Below, one piece after another: positions 32,775-45,654 of a stretch of 64,000 nt of DNA; within the stretch, counting starts at the first letter, position 1, and each line of letters begins with the position of its first letter. The translations under genes were made by a program, and so were the position numbers. Under the pieces are notes generated by a model. That model did not search any database. It saw only the letters and a program-made list of their open reading frames with translations, and was not told where the DNA came from. The stretch lies in the NCBI GenBank assembly GCA_946965045.2, contig OX337228.1, positions 5,580,001 to 5,644,000 of the forward strand, written 5' to 3'. Source of the stretch: Epithemia pelagica (lineage: Eukaryota > Protista > Bacillariophyta).

Positions 32775-33096
32775 GGTCAAAGGAGTGTCTTGGTGAGCAA
32801 GAGATGGATCTGTGGATCATTGGACGACATGGTAATGGATGAGTTTGACTGTGACTCGGAGCAATGATGACGTAATGAAAGGAAAGATGACATCAGGTCC
32901 CGTTTTGTCCCGCGACCGCGAGTGGAATGAATCCGACCCGGATGTTGCTACAAATGATTTGGCCTTAACCCTAATAAGAGTGCTGTTGGATAGCTGTTCC
33001 TTCGAGGTAGGTAGATTTATGGCGACGAAACAACTCCTAGTAGGAGTAGATGCTAAAGAGATGGAGACAAGCTCAGCGAAGCTTATGTACATCATT

Positions 33097-34533
33097 CTAC
33101 CCATCACTGGGTCCAGTTCGATCAGATAATATCACCTCTAACATATCTCGATTGCGAGACTTCGATGAAGAGCTATGTCCGTCTTTCCAGCTGACCGATT
33201 TCAATTTCCAGGACATTTTACGATGCCTACCATCTTTTTCCTGTTTTTGCTTCAGTTTTCGAAGTTTTTCCAGGAGCTTGGCGCGTTCTGCAGCAGCTCG
33301 CATCAAATCCCCCTTCATCCTCTCTTGTCTCTCTTTTTCACGTTCCAGCCTTGCAAGCTCTTCTGTGCTGGCTCTCGTGGTCTGATTTTTGGACGATGGT
33401 CGTTTCTGAACCGTTGCTTCAGCCTTGACAAGCCAAATAGGTTTTTCTCCTCCATTCTCTTTATCATATGAGATAGATTCCTCGAGGCGTGCGGCCAATG
33501 CTGTCTTGACTCTTGCAAAAGGGTCTGGCGTCTTTTGTCGATCCTCTTTCTGCTTCTCTTTGGCTCTCCATGAGGTTTTGAGATCGTTGAGAGACTTTTG
33601 TACATCTTTCACTAAAAGCCCACCTATACGTGGATCTGTCAGAGTGTTCATGTTTCTGCTTCGGAGGTTTTCTTGGGCAATTGTGTCCGCAGACTTGCTG
33701 AGCTTGACAATTTGTTTATTGATTTTGGATTCTGTCACGAGATCCTTGTCAAAGGGACTGTACGTCAAGAGAATTAGCAACGGAAGCAGTAAGACGCCTG
33801 TTTTTGACGGCTTCCAAATCTCAGATGGATGTACACGTTTCGGTCTGGCATTGCCTTGCTCGGTTGGAGGCTGCTTGGGAGGAGCAGAAAATGTAGGGGT
33901 AGTTGCATCCACTAGCCACTGACTGAGGATGCGCAATCCACCTCCAGCAAAAAACGACAGTAGCCGATCCGCCTTGCCTTTTATTTCAATTTTGGCAATA
34001 ATACGAGAAGATTCATCTGCCTCGTCATTTGGTTTGAGCTTCTTCGTTGGTGAATTTAAGGCAACAGCGTCGCCATCCTCGGTATATGCTCGTACGAGTT
34101 CCTTCGTTTCTTCATCTGCTTCCCATGTACGCTCGAGAATCGCCAAGGCTAAGGCTCTCGAAGCAAGTTCATGACACTCGACAGCTGCAAGTCCAATAAA
34201 TTTGGGGATTTTGGAACGGTTCAAGGCACCCGGTACGACGTAGTCATCGTCTCGAGACTGCTTGGGTATGTCGCAGCATGACAGAAGTGCCAGCTCAATA
34301 GCAGTGGCCCCCGACCAGAACGGTGCTGATTCCCGGTCAATCGCAGGTTTGCATAATTGCTCAAGTCTGTGTCGCTTACTCAAATAGTCCTTTCGAAGAC
34401 GACCGTTCAACTTTAATCGCGACATATCTCGAGCCGCAAGACCATTTCCACCTTCGGCCATTAAGATATGGAACGGCCCCTCAACATCTGATTGTTCTTG
34501 AGGGCGAGCTCTTTTCCTTTGTGGACTACTCAT
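33097..34533 (-). CDS. Putative PNUTS-like protein (TFIIS-N-like domain, PP1-docking motif)
   Basis: GGGLRILSQWL..LLPLLILL..VTESKINKQIVKL, a coiled coil, and C-terminal KSVSWKD. Confidence 0.45.
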   Translation of the reverse strand: MSSPQRKRARPQEQSDVEGPFHILMAEGGNGLAARDMSRLKLNGRLRKDYLSKRHRLEQLCKPAIDRESAPFWSGATAIELALLSCCDIPKQSRDDDYVVPGALNRSKIPKFIGLAAVECHELASRALALAILERTWEADEETKELVRAYTEDGDAVALNSPTKKLKPNDEADESSRIIAKIEIKGKADRLLSFFAGGGLRILSQWLVDATTPTFSAPPKQPPTEQGNARPKRVHPSEIWKPSKTGVLLLPLLILLTYSPFDKDLVTESKINKQIVKLSKSADTIAQENLRSRNMNTLTDPRIGGLLVKDVQKSLNDLKTSWRAKEKQKEDRQKTPDPFARVKTALAARLEESISYDKENGGEKPIWLVKAEATVQKRPSSKNQTTRASTEELARLEREKERQERMKGDLMRAAAERAKLLEKLRKLKQKQEKDGRHRKMSWKLKSVSWKDGHSSSSKSRNRDMLEVILSDRTGPSDG

Positions 34534-34789
34534 TGTTTGAAGCAGAGAAATCTGACAAGGGAGAAGATGTTGTGTTTGGTTTGGATTGATTTTGGATGTG
34601 TTCTTGCTCGTTTATCTCTAGGAGTAAAATATAGGCTTGCTATGCCTCTCACTCTCTATAGCTCTCTAGATATGATGTGCACAGAGCGATCGATTTCGAA
34701 CCAATAACGAGGTCGAATCTCTGTCCACGTGTGTCAGTGGCATCACATCAAAGAGTATCATTATTTTTACTATTCTTCCGGCAACAACC

Positions 34790-36905
34790 ATGGCCATGTT
34801 GCCAGTCGTTCGTTGCGTTGCCTCTTTGGCGTTACTTTGTAATCCAATTTTTTCTGCCAATGCTTTCTCGTCTGGGAAGAGCCGCCTGAGTTTCCTTCAA
34901 AAATATGTCTCTTCGTCAAGTAGCGCTCGTGAAGATACGCAGATGTCGGCATCACTTGCCTCCGTACAAGAAGTTAAGACTGATCCTATCCCAGGGATGA
35001 AACCGGGAACGTCGGGATTACGCAAGAAGGTAGAAGTATGGCAAGGCTTGGATTCTGCAACATCGTACAAGAACTATGTCGAGAACTTCATCCAAGCGCT
35101 TCTAGATACTGCGACATCGAAAAACAATGGCGATGTCCCCCATACGTAAGTTTGGTTCTTAGTTCTTCATAATTTGCCTTCATCAGTGGCAAGATCTCAT
35201 TGATACTCGCCCCACAGGATCATTGTTGCAGGAGATGGCCGATACTTTAATCTTGAAGCGATTCAACTCATCTGCCGTGTTTTGGCGGCCAACGGTGTTC
35301 AGAGAGTGTGGGTCCCAAAGTCTGGGATCATGACCACCCCTGCGGTGTCTGCAGCAATCCGTATGAAAGATGGTGGAAAGTGCCTGGGTGCGATCATTCT
35401 TACAGCATCTCACAACCCTGGAGGACCAGGCGAAGATTTTGGAATCAAATACAATCTGGAGTATGGACAGCCTGCTGGGTAAGTTCATCTGTGGCCTTCA
35501 CGGGACGGATTGGCCCATCTTTACATTGTGCTCCATTCACTAACAGCTTTCAAACAGCGAAGACTTTACAGATGAACTTTACGAGCGAAGTTTAGATATC
35601 TCTTCTTTTCGAACCTTGGAAGGTGTAGAGGATTTCGATATTGAGGCTGATGTCGGAACGTCGTTTGCTTTGACGAGTGATTCTGTGGTGACAATCATCG
35701 ATCCATACGAGGAGTATGTCACGGCTTTAAAATCCTGTTTTGACTTTGATGCTCTGCGTGCATTTGCCCAACGTCCATCATTTTCGTTGCTGTTTGATGG
35801 CATGCATGGTGCTGGTGGTCCGTTCGCTCATCGGGTTCTAGTTGGAGAGCTTGGTCTACCAGAGTCTTGCCTTCTGAGATGCAATCCTCTTCCTGATTTT
35901 GGAAAAGGCCATCCTGATCCAAACCTCAAGTATGCGGCAGGACTGGTGAAGGAAATGGGTCTCCTGCCTGACGGTAGTGCCGATCCCTCTGTTGATCTCT
36001 CCACTGTTCCTTCTCTCGGAGCTGCAAATGATGGTGACGGAGATCGTAACTTGATTGCAGGTGCTGGATGTTTCGTTACTCCCTCTGACAGTCTAGCCAT
36101 TATATGCGACAACTGGTCTGCCATCCCACATTTCTCAAAAGCAGGGGGTCCTCGCGGTGTAGCTAGATCCATGCCGAGTTCTGCAGCTTTAGACGTTGTC
36201 GCAGCGGCACGGGGAATCCCTTGTTTTCAGACTCCCACTGGTTGGAAATTCTTTGGTAATCTGATGAGTTCCAAGGAACTCTTCGACAAAACGGATTACA
36301 CACCCTTTCTGTGTGGAGAGGAATCGTTTGGAACAGGAAGCGATCACATTCGTGAAAAAGACGGTCTATGGGCAGTTCTAGCATGGATGTCCATTTTAGA
36401 GAATGCAAACAAGGATGTCGCTGAGCATGGGCCACTAGTATCAGTGCGAGACATTGTCAAAAACCACTGGAAGAAATATGGTCGACATTTTTACTGCCGA
36501 TATGATTACGAAGGTGTCGACTCCGACGCCGCGAACAGTGTCATGGATCTCATCCGATCCGAATACATCGGCGCGGAGCTTTCTGATGATGAGCCAGGAA
36601 TCAAGCTTGTGGGTGGGGAAGAGTTTGCTTATACGGATCCGGTGGATGGCTCCCATACATCCAAGCAAGGTTTGATTCTGAGTTTCGAGTACCCAAACGG
36701 CGATACGGCTAGAGTGGTGTTTCGTCTGAGTGGAACTGGTTCAGCGGGAGCAACTATACGAATGTATCTGGAGAAATTTGAACAAGATGAGAATCAGCAT
36801 GATACGTCAGCTCCTGCCGCTCTCAAGGGTCTTGCCGACCGTGCAGTCGCCTTGGTGAAAATGGCAGAACTAACAGGACGCGATGGACCAACAGTAATTA
36901 CTTAA
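34790..36905 (+). CDS. PGM: Phosphoglucomutase with predicted bipartite plastid-targeting peptide, multi-exon
   Basis: KPGTSGLRKK, ILTASHNPGG, DGDGDRN, CGEESFGTGSDHIREKDG. Signal peptide ending ANA-FSS. Confidence 0.92.
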
Positions 36906-36976
36906 AGAACAGTAATGAAAACGGAATCTTATAAACGGAAGAGTATACTAGCTTGGGCAATGACGACATTGACATA

Positions 36977-38746
36977 TCAACTAATCGGTTCTTCGTCTTC
37001 GAGGCTGATTGGTTCAAGGTGTGTTGAACTGTTGGTGGTAGTCGCGAAGGATCCCTTTGGATTTGCATTCATATTGCTATTTTCCTTCGCCTCTGATGTT
37101 TCATTGGTTATTTCGTTCATCTCTTGGACCTGTTGCTTCGAAAAACTCCAACTTTTGTGTTTGGTGGTTGCGTCCACCACCTCTTTCAACTTCTCCTTAC
37201 TATCATTAGCGACCAATCGTTTCGCTTCCTCATAGTTGCCCATTGGGAGTGTCAGAATCACAGCAGTAAAACAGAAAAATCCAACCAACGGCAGTCCCCA
37301 CCGGATGCTCACATTGTTCTCGTTCATTATTGTAAAAATCAATGATGGTAGCCACCCAAGGATTTGTCCAGTGAAGACGAAAAGGCCCATACATTCTGTC
37401 TCTTGACCCTTTGGAATTAATGTGCAGAAGAGAACACGTTGGCTTGGGTATGCCCATCCCATCGAAACTACCCAGGCTCCCGCCATGCCAAACACTGAGC
37501 CGCGTCGTTCCGGTCCAGTCATTACAAAAAAGCCCAACACCAGACCAACACCGAGAGAAAACATGCCAAGCCTGTAGGAGTTCAAAGGGTTAACCATCTT
37601 TGACACCCACTTCGAAATCATTGAGCCAAACATGTTCCCAGTCATAAGACACAGACTAGCCTTTGCAATTTCCTGTCCTGAAAACTTCATAAAGACAGTC
37701 ACAAAAGTAACAGCAATTGACAAAACCACCCCCGCACCAGCTTCTGGACTGAACAGAAGTGATGCCATGAACCAGCGAAGATGGCGATAGTCCTTCCATA
37801 CTTTATGACAGGTCTTCCCTATTCGCTTGAATCCGGCCGTCAACAGTGTCGAACCTTCCGGTATCTTGGACAAGGCTGGTCGCTCGCGGAAAAGAAAGAG
37901 CCATGCATAACCCATAAAAAGGCAGCCAAAGCCTACTGCAATTCCTGCTGAATCTCTTGCAGTCTGCACCGAAGATGATATACTTCGATCCGTACCACGT
38001 GCCTTTCCAGAAATGATGACAAGTACGAGGTAGAAGAACTGACCAACATACTGTCTAGTATTGAAGCGACTCGTATAGTGCGATATGACATCTTGATCGA
38101 GCGAGAGATCAGGGAGATAGGCGAAGACAGATGTGGTGTGAACCAGAAACACAAACGTTTGGACAGCATCAACCACAAGCATTCCGAACCAGTTGTCTTC
38201 GTTGATAAAAATTTGTGCTCCGATAAGTGCCACTGCCAAGAAACCAGACGAGATCCCCAAAATCCTTCGATAGGGTGTGTGATCGACCACGGCCCCAACA
38301 ATTGGCATGAGCAGTGCAGAGATGACACCAATAATTGAAGTCGTGGCAGTCAAAAGAGATGATGGTTTGAAGCCATGAGTTGTTTTTGTGCAATTTGCTA
38401 ATTTCTCGCATCCTGCATCTTCGGCTGCAAGACGAAGGATTGCATTCCCCACATAACTCCCAACTTGATTTAGAGGGCCGCGCCCGACAGAATCCATTGC
38501 CCATCCAGTGGCTTCTGGCAGGTAAGAGGATTCCTCCTCAGATGGATCTTTTACTTGAAAAGGCAATTCAAACCACTTGAGCCAAACAGGTGCATTCACA
38601 CCAAGCCCGTTGAGTTCTGCTGCTTCTGAAACAGACACCTGTCGATGAAGATGTTTGGCAGCACAAGGGGCTTGCTCTCCCATTGGAGTCGTTGAGCCCA
38701 GGTTACTTCCGTTTTCCATATCGTCGTTTAGCTCTACGTTCTCCAT
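36977..38746 (-). CDS. MFS transporter (Atg22/UMF1-like)
   Basis: About 12 hydrophobic segments; GAVVDHTPYRR; LIPKGQETECMGLF. Confidence 0.7.
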   Translation of the reverse strand: MENVELNDDMENGSNLGSTTPMGEQAPCAAKHLHRQVSVSEAAELNGLGVNAPVWLKWFELPFQVKDPSEEESSYLPEATGWAMDSVGRGPLNQVGSYVGNAILRLAAEDAGCEKLANCTKTTHGFKPSSLLTATTSIIGVISALLMPIVGAVVDHTPYRRILGISSGFLAVALIGAQIFINEDNWFGMLVVDAVQTFVFLVHTTSVFAYLPDLSLDQDVISHYTSRFNTRQYVGQFFYLVLVIISGKARGTDRSISSSVQTARDSAGIAVGFGCLFMGYAWLFLFRERPALSKIPEGSTLLTAGFKRIGKTCHKVWKDYRHLRWFMASLLFSPEAGAGVVLSIAVTFVTVFMKFSGQEIAKASLCLMTGNMFGSMISKWVSKMVNPLNSYRLGMFSLGVGLVLGFFVMTGPERRGSVFGMAGAWVVSMGWAYPSQRVLFCTLIPKGQETECMGLFVFTGQILGWLPSLIFTIMNENNVSIRWGLPLVGFFCFTAVILTLPMGNYEEAKRLVANDSKEKLKEVVDATTKHKSWSFSKQQVQEMNEITNETSEAKENSNMNANPKGSFATTTNSSTHLEPISLEDEEPIS

Positions 38747-40088
38747 TGCGACAATGAAAACGATGTCGTAAGATTATGATGCGTATGGTCTCTGATCATG
38801 AAGTTACAGGGTCTCGAGTTCAAGTCAAAAGTGGATGGAGAATGGGGAGTCCTCTAGAGAGAGGAACCCTATAACCTACGAGTATCATACCCTATCGTAG
38901 ATGAGGAGTGCAAAAATAAATGTCGCTTGAAGTGGATGGCGGAAAGGCCCGCAATCCGGCAATCAAATTCCGATAAAAGAGCAATCCAATTGATTGCTGA
39001 AATCTGTAGGGCCTGCTTATATCATGGTATTTTGGATTTGGGGGTGAGTGCGTGTGCCCAACCCCCAGACCCAGACCCCAGATACAGATTGTCGTCGCTT
39101 TTGACGATGGCAAATAATGGCAACAAAAAGACATCATCAATCATCATAAATATGATCGTCTTTTAGTCTTTATCGATTATCGACATTTCGAAATGTTGCT
39201 GACAGGGCTTCTACTGTTCTCCGAATTAACGCTCACTTCTATGAACCTCCAGATTATGCATGTTCTCTAGAGCTCCATACAACTCCTTTTGAATTCGTTG
39301 GAGTCGGCATCATTCCATTAGAGCAGCTCCGGATCCGGTCAGCCACAGCCCTGCCTTGTCCGAATCTTGTTGTGCTCAAGGGAAAGAGATGAGAATTACT
39401 CGGGTGGATGGTTTACCAACGGACCCAGGCATCACTTTCCAAACGCTGTCGTTGCCGTGTCATGAACTCCACTTAATTTTGAGTACCTTGCATCGCGAAA
39501 CTCGACATCCTTGACGAGAATCAGATCTTCCGAAGTCGGGACAACGACTGATACGGAATCGTTGACAATTTTTTCTGTTCCATCTCGATGCATCCAACAC
39601 AGGTGTTTTCTTGTTCAGAAAATCAAGACCTTCACCAGAGATCCAAAAACCCCTGTGGCAATGAAAACAAAACATTAGTTCTTCCACAGATCGAGTGATA
39701 CCTGCTGGAACACTAAGAGGCATGTGGATGGATCCTGGAGGACTTAGAAACAACACGCGTAGCTGAATGTCTTTTTGTGTAATCCAACGTCGTGCTCGTA
39801 TCGAAGTGCTTTTTCTGTGTTGCTCGTTCGCTCGCCTGACAGATCAATCCCATGCCTTTGGAGACATCGTCTTGTAGACATCTTGAATCATGACAAACAC
39901 AGTAGACATATCAACAATCGACTCTCTGCATGTGGCTTCGTCCAAGGCATAATGGATAACACATCACTTTCAAAAACCAGAATCGATTTATATCTCCCTG
40001 TTCATTCTATATAGCTTTACATGAGGAGCAGTGAAGTTGCAACTCTTCAGAATCATTGACAGACTCTGTTATGAACCACTGACGACAA

Positions 40089-40990
40089 CTACTTGAGTCT
40101 GTGAAGTTTGGCGACGGCAGGTTTCATCCATAGCCTTCTCGCCAGAACATGGTAGTCCATGAAATCGTTAATTGCCTCCATCAAATCGGCCTCGATGGAG
40201 CAATCCAGATAATTGTGACACATCATCTTTCTTGAAAAGAACATGGTCTTTGGTCGGTCGGGTGCGGCTGCAAGAAGATCTTTTCCGTGTTTGAAAGGAA
40301 CAATCTCATCGGCTTCCCCATGAGCAATGAAAACTGGACATTTCACACACTTGATACGATCGATATTTGGAAACATGTCCCCGAGAACTGTGAATCCTGG
40401 ATCAGGCATAACAATCCGATAAACGGAGGCAAAGGCGGCGTGAAGTATCAGGCCGGCTATAGGTTGACCATTGGAAGCTGCTTCCTCCGCTAAATAGCAT
40501 GAAGGGCCGGACCCCAGTGACCGGCCATAAAGGATTATATGTTCAGGTGGGATTTTTCTGGATTTTGTCATGTATTCATAAACTGCCTTGATATCGGCAT
40601 AGCAGTTGGCTTCGCTTGGTTCTCCTGAACAGAAAAAACAACGGACGGTGAGAGGGTCGAGATGCCAAATTTCTCATCCCCCAGCGCATCCGCGTGCTGG
40701 GCCCGAGTTTTCGTACCTGTGCTTTCCCCGTAGCCGGAATAATCGTAGGCGACAACGTTGACTTTCAGCCAACTAGACAGCTTTCGTAGACGTCGATACG
40801 CTGTGTTCAAATCCTCTCCGTTCTCATGAGAGTATAATACGGTCACGTTTGTCTTTGGGGAACGCCTCAAGTAAATTGCAGAGATGGTGTTCCCGCGAGA
40901 TGTCCTCAATCGAATCACTTCCGATGGGAACTCATATCGCTCACACTGAGGCGGACGGAAAAGGACGCTATTGACAAATGCATTCACCAT
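40089..40990 (-). CDS. Alpha/beta hydrolase, ABHD17-like, 2 exons
   Basis: VLYSHENGEDL, VVAYDYSGYGESTG, LYGRSLGSGPS, IAHGEADEIVP. Confidence 0.85.
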
Positions 40991-41445
40991 GGTTGCAATG
41001 ATCCCTCTCCAACCTAAAAGACAGATTCCGTAGCGACCGAGAATGTATGTTTTCGACGCAAGATGACTTCACAGTTGGAGTTGATTGTTTTTGGAGAAGG
41101 ACAACTATTTTGGGTGTTGGCGGTTGGCGGTTGTTGGCGGCGGCAGGTATCGTGTGAAGCGCAGGTGCACCATAGTAACCGACACTCAACAGTATTGCCA
41201 TTGGTCCGTGCAACATCGCTAGAGGAGGGCAGTACAAAATATTACTCCGAGCATGATCCGTATTATGGCCTCTTAAAATGCATTGAGGGACCAAAATTTA
41301 TAGTGAGTTCGTTCCGGGATATTCCAAGACTAAAATAGTTCTTCAGCGTGGTTCCAAGACCGTGGATGCGGGAACGACCGTTATCCCAATGTGCTCCACA
41401 CATTCAATGACACATTTTGGATGCGCGATACCGCAACAAGAATAA

Positions 41446-41650
41446 TGGCACAAATGGATGCGCCACAGGACTACTCGTAGTGATTCGAGATCATTGGTAA
41501 ATCGATACACATGATGTGTTCTTTCTAATAGCTGTATTAAGGGATCATACGGCCACAATAACAGTGGCACAAATGGATGCGCCATGACTACTTGCAGTGA
41601 TTCGAGATCATTGGAAAATCGATACACATGATGTGTTTTTTCTAATAGCT
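41446..41650. repeat. Imperfect direct repeat (about 87-bp units, period about 119 bp)
   Basis: 41446-41533 vs 41565-41650 share TGGCACAAATGGATGCGCCA and GTGATTCGAGATCATTGG..CTAATAGCT. Confidence 0.85.
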
Positions 41651-41669
41651 AAATTATGTGATAGCTTTT

Positions 41670-43795
41670 CTATGTGTCCATGGACGGCTGGCCAAGAAGA
41701 AAGGTGGCCACCCAGCTGCGCAAAGCATCGTCACATAAGCTTGCGACCTTGACGTCAGTCTTGAATACGAGAGAATCACCATCGACATCATCTTCTCCCT
41801 CTCTTGCGTTGGAAGCGGATACTCCTGCTTCCCAACCATCCCCTCCAGCGTTTAGTGTTTGATTGAGATTGTCCACAGTCAGGATTTCCTGTTTTATTAT
41901 GGACTCCCAAACAGCGTCCGTTTGACTTGACGGGACAACCTCGAATCTTCCGCTTTTGATTTCCCCTTGTATGCCACGAGCAATCCCTCCTTCGCCTTTC
42001 GTCCATATACACAAACCAGATACCACCATAAAATCGTCGGGTTGAGCAAGTCCTTTCCCAACTGCGTTCACCATGTCCTCGGCCGTGCATTTCCATATTC
42101 CCTCCTGTTCAGGACCAAAAGGGCTTCCAACATTTGCCGCCCGCAAAAGAGATTTGCAGTGAAGCCACAGTAAAGGCTCACTTCCTTTTACACTGTATTG
42201 GCCACCAAATCTAAGCGGGAGCTCTACCAACCGTTCCTTCCCTGAGTCTTTCTCTGTAATCTGAATCTTGATCCCTTTCGTCGCTGGTCTATTCAGCATT
42301 GCTCCAATAGAAAAACTCTCGTCGTCCATTATTATCAATATCACAGACTTGTGAAAAACTTGATTTTCGAGGAGAAATGGAGATCGATCCGCAGAAGAAG
42401 CACGGACCAACGAACCTGCTGCGACATCTTCCCCTCTTGATGCCGCTGCAGCTCGGCTTACGAGACGGTCAATTGGGTTAGTTCTCAGGAGTTCTTGAGT
42501 CGAAGCGACTCCCTCAGGAACTTTGATTTTTTCGCCTGCCCCACCACCAGCCTCCAACGAAAGAAGATTTTGGAAAGCCCATTCCTTGAGCATCAGATCG
42601 TCAAAAGTACCAGTATTGCTGCGTGCTGTCTCTCCACGCCCAATCATTGACATCAACAGATCCCAAGTTTCTAGACCTGCGTCACGAGGGTCCAATCCGG
42701 CGCCGAGACGAGCAAGTTCTTTCAATAAAGTTTGAGAATCTGTTGCGACCATGTACCAGGACTTATTGTCCAGCTCTCCCATAAGTTGACCAGGAGCCCA
42801 TCCTGCGTAACCAGCCTTTCTCATTGTCAAAAATGGGATCAGGGGCCAGTGACTCGTCAAGCTCGGCACAAAGTATATGAAATGAACTTACAAATACCCA
42901 GAAGTCAGTCGACTTGGCAGCGCCAACTTTCACCAGTTTTTTTGCATTGTCAAATGTCGTCCACTGAATGTCCTTCATGACCGGAACACTTGCATCCACA
43001 ACACGAGGCTCCTTGAGCGAATGGAGACCTGGGGTGAAAAACTGTGAGAACTTGGATGTCGACACGAAAAGGCACCAACGACATCGAGAAAAAATCGAAG
43101 CACGTACATATGATTGAAGGACTTTTGGATTGAAGTCCCTCTACATCTCCTCCATACCAGACACGCCATTTTACACCGTCATTCGCGTCGTCATCAAGGG
43201 TGATGTCCGTCGGCCTATTCAGAATAATCGCACGAGTAAATGTTTTCTCATCGTGATCAACGATCAGTATTGCAGCTTTATGAAAGTATTGTTGGCGCAA
43301 TCCAAATCCATAAGCCTGCTCAACTCCTCCCAATATCACAGCACCCTTTTCAATTACTTTGCCACTGTCATATGCCCATTGCGATGGATCAAGTGGCGTC
43401 ATTTGGTCGTGAAGCGTTGATTGAGATGCGTTAAACGAAGAATCCGCCATGGTTTCGTCCGCAAAAAGAGCTCCTATACCATCCAGATCATCATCGTCAA
43501 GCGTGGCAGTAGCATTCCGTTGCACTGGTTGTGGCCTTTCTCCCATAACTAGCTTGGCTCGAAAACTTCTCCAGTCTTCACCCTCGCTGATTGCAACATC
43601 GTCATAGTCGTCCTCGTCGTCATCATCCTCATGCTCGTCGCCATCTTCTGCGTAGAGTGACAGTGGCAGTCGGTGAAAACGAGAGGGCATCGATTGCATA
43701 GATTTTGGCCATCTCGTCACACGAAAAGGTACAATGTTCGTCAAACTCATGGCAACCGAGAGGATGGTAGCCACCAAAAGTAAAGGAGCAGACAT
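41670..43795 (-). CDS. Protein with two DUF179 (AlgH/YqgE-like) domains and an N-terminal signal peptide, spliced
   Basis: YFHKAAILIVDH..ILNRPT..WYGGDV and VFHKSVILII..MLNRPA..RFGGQ. Confidence 0.75.
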
Positions 43796-44342
43796 CAACA
43801 GATTCAACATTATATCAACGGTTGTCTCAATACCAAACTCCAGTGTTATGCTAGGAAAACATGCAAAGGATAAGATCTCCTAGAGATGATGTCCACCAAG
43901 AGAAGGTCCCACCAAAAGATCGATGAAGATGTTAATGTTAGATCCAGATCCTGATATGTGCTGCGCAAGGTGGGATTCGTCGATCGTTGATTGATGCCAT
44001 CTATGAAACAAGCTATGTACTCCCTAGCGGCATTGTTAGTCCTGGATGATCGTGATTCATGAGTATGCGAATGTACCTCTACCAATTCACGAGCGGGAAT
44101 ATCCCTTCCGCTAGGGGGTACGTGCTATGTGCTATGTGCCCTTTCGTTTTTTAGAGGGTGATGTGAGAAAAAGGAGGCCGGACAGACGAACGGTCTCTCT
44201 TTTGTGCGATTTGCTCCAATCTCCATTCTCCAACCTCCAACGTGTCGTATTGTGTCTCTGGGAGTCTAATTGATGTCCTCCGTCACACCCTGTTGGGTTG
44301 TTCTGTTTTCCTTTGGTGCGCTGAATTTTCCAGAGGTGCGGC

Positions 44343-44966
44343 ATGGATGGTATCCTTCTTTCCTCGCTCGGTTCGGGAGCAGTAGCAAGGTGAGTGACCT
44401 TTAAATAGGCATGGATATGAGGCTGGCCAACCACATGTCAGAAAGTCACATAACGTGTTGGATATAATCCCAACTCACTCAAACTTCTTCAATAATATTT
44501 CAGAGCTTCTTCTGTGCTGAATCGAAATGCAAAATTGTACGGTCCAATGAATGCACTTGACATTGAAAATTCGTCGACGTGTTGGAACTCTGAGGGGACA
44601 ACAAGCCATACCGAGACGAAACAACAATGGATCCAAGTGGAGTTTCCGGGACGGATTGTTCGCCCATGTGCTGTTTCTGTTCAGTTTCAGGCTGGGTTCT
44701 CATGTGAGACATGCCGTATACAGTTCCTGGAAGAGGACAAGACGAAAACGAGCCCATCAGGATCACTGTTCAAACTTGTAGGCCAAGAGGATTTATATTT
44801 TGAAGATGATCATTCATTGCAAAGATACGATTTGACTATGCCTGAGAACTGTTCAGCTATTCGATTTGTTTGCTTTGACAATTTTTCCGATCTATATGGG
44901 CGAGTCATTATTTATCAACTCCAAGTATGGGGCCTGGATACGGAGGAGACTGAGGAAAAGCCATGA
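44343..44966 (+). CDS. NR2C2AP/TRA16-like galactose-binding-fold protein (intron 44390-44503)
   Basis: RASSVLNRNAKLYG, TCWNSEG, QFQAGF, SDLYGRVIIYQLQVWG. Confidence 0.75.
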
Positions 44967-45654
44967 AGTTCACTTTTGCTTCTAAAATCTTGCATCAGAA
45001 CTCTGCCTCCTACCTTTGTGAGGTTTTGAAAGAGTCAAGTGCTCTTGTTATTACTGATTTGGGAAGTGCATCGGTCTTATGAAGAATTCGGTCATATTGG
45101 GTTGCTAAAGATAGTGATCGGACCTGATATCCCGCTACTTGTTGCCGAAGTGAGCTGGATAGCTCAACGGTAACAAAATCCATGGTTAATGCTGCACACG
45201 CCACGAAGGCGAGGATTCCCAGCTCGAAGCTATAAAGCGACACAAAAATCCGCAACAAGTCAAGGACCGATCGTTGTCACACTTGTAAAGGCAGCCTGGT
45301 CGTTCGACGACTATTTCTTGGCAGCATTTTCGCTCGTGGAGCGACTCATGTATCTGATATGGGATGTCGATATTTGGCATGAGGGAATTGGATTTCCGTT
45401 GTTCTGTTTGGGCTTTGAGTGCACCTTTTCTTTTGTGGCGCACCTCCCTTTGTGCTATGTGCGCGTTGGAGCATGGGTGCACCCAAAAGTGATAGTCTAT
45501 TTCAGCTGCCGTGGCAGTCTCGCAGGACATACTCGACCGACTGCCCTGGCGCCATTTCGACGCGGGGGAACAGCCCTCCGGTGACGGGGGCCACACACAG
45601 ACGACCATTTTTCCGGACCCTGTAAGTGTAAGTGGTCCTCCCAACCCAACAAAG

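Noticed and set aside
39180-39760. Short ORFs between the MFS and hydrolase genes
   Set aside because: No recognisable motif or consistent exon chain.
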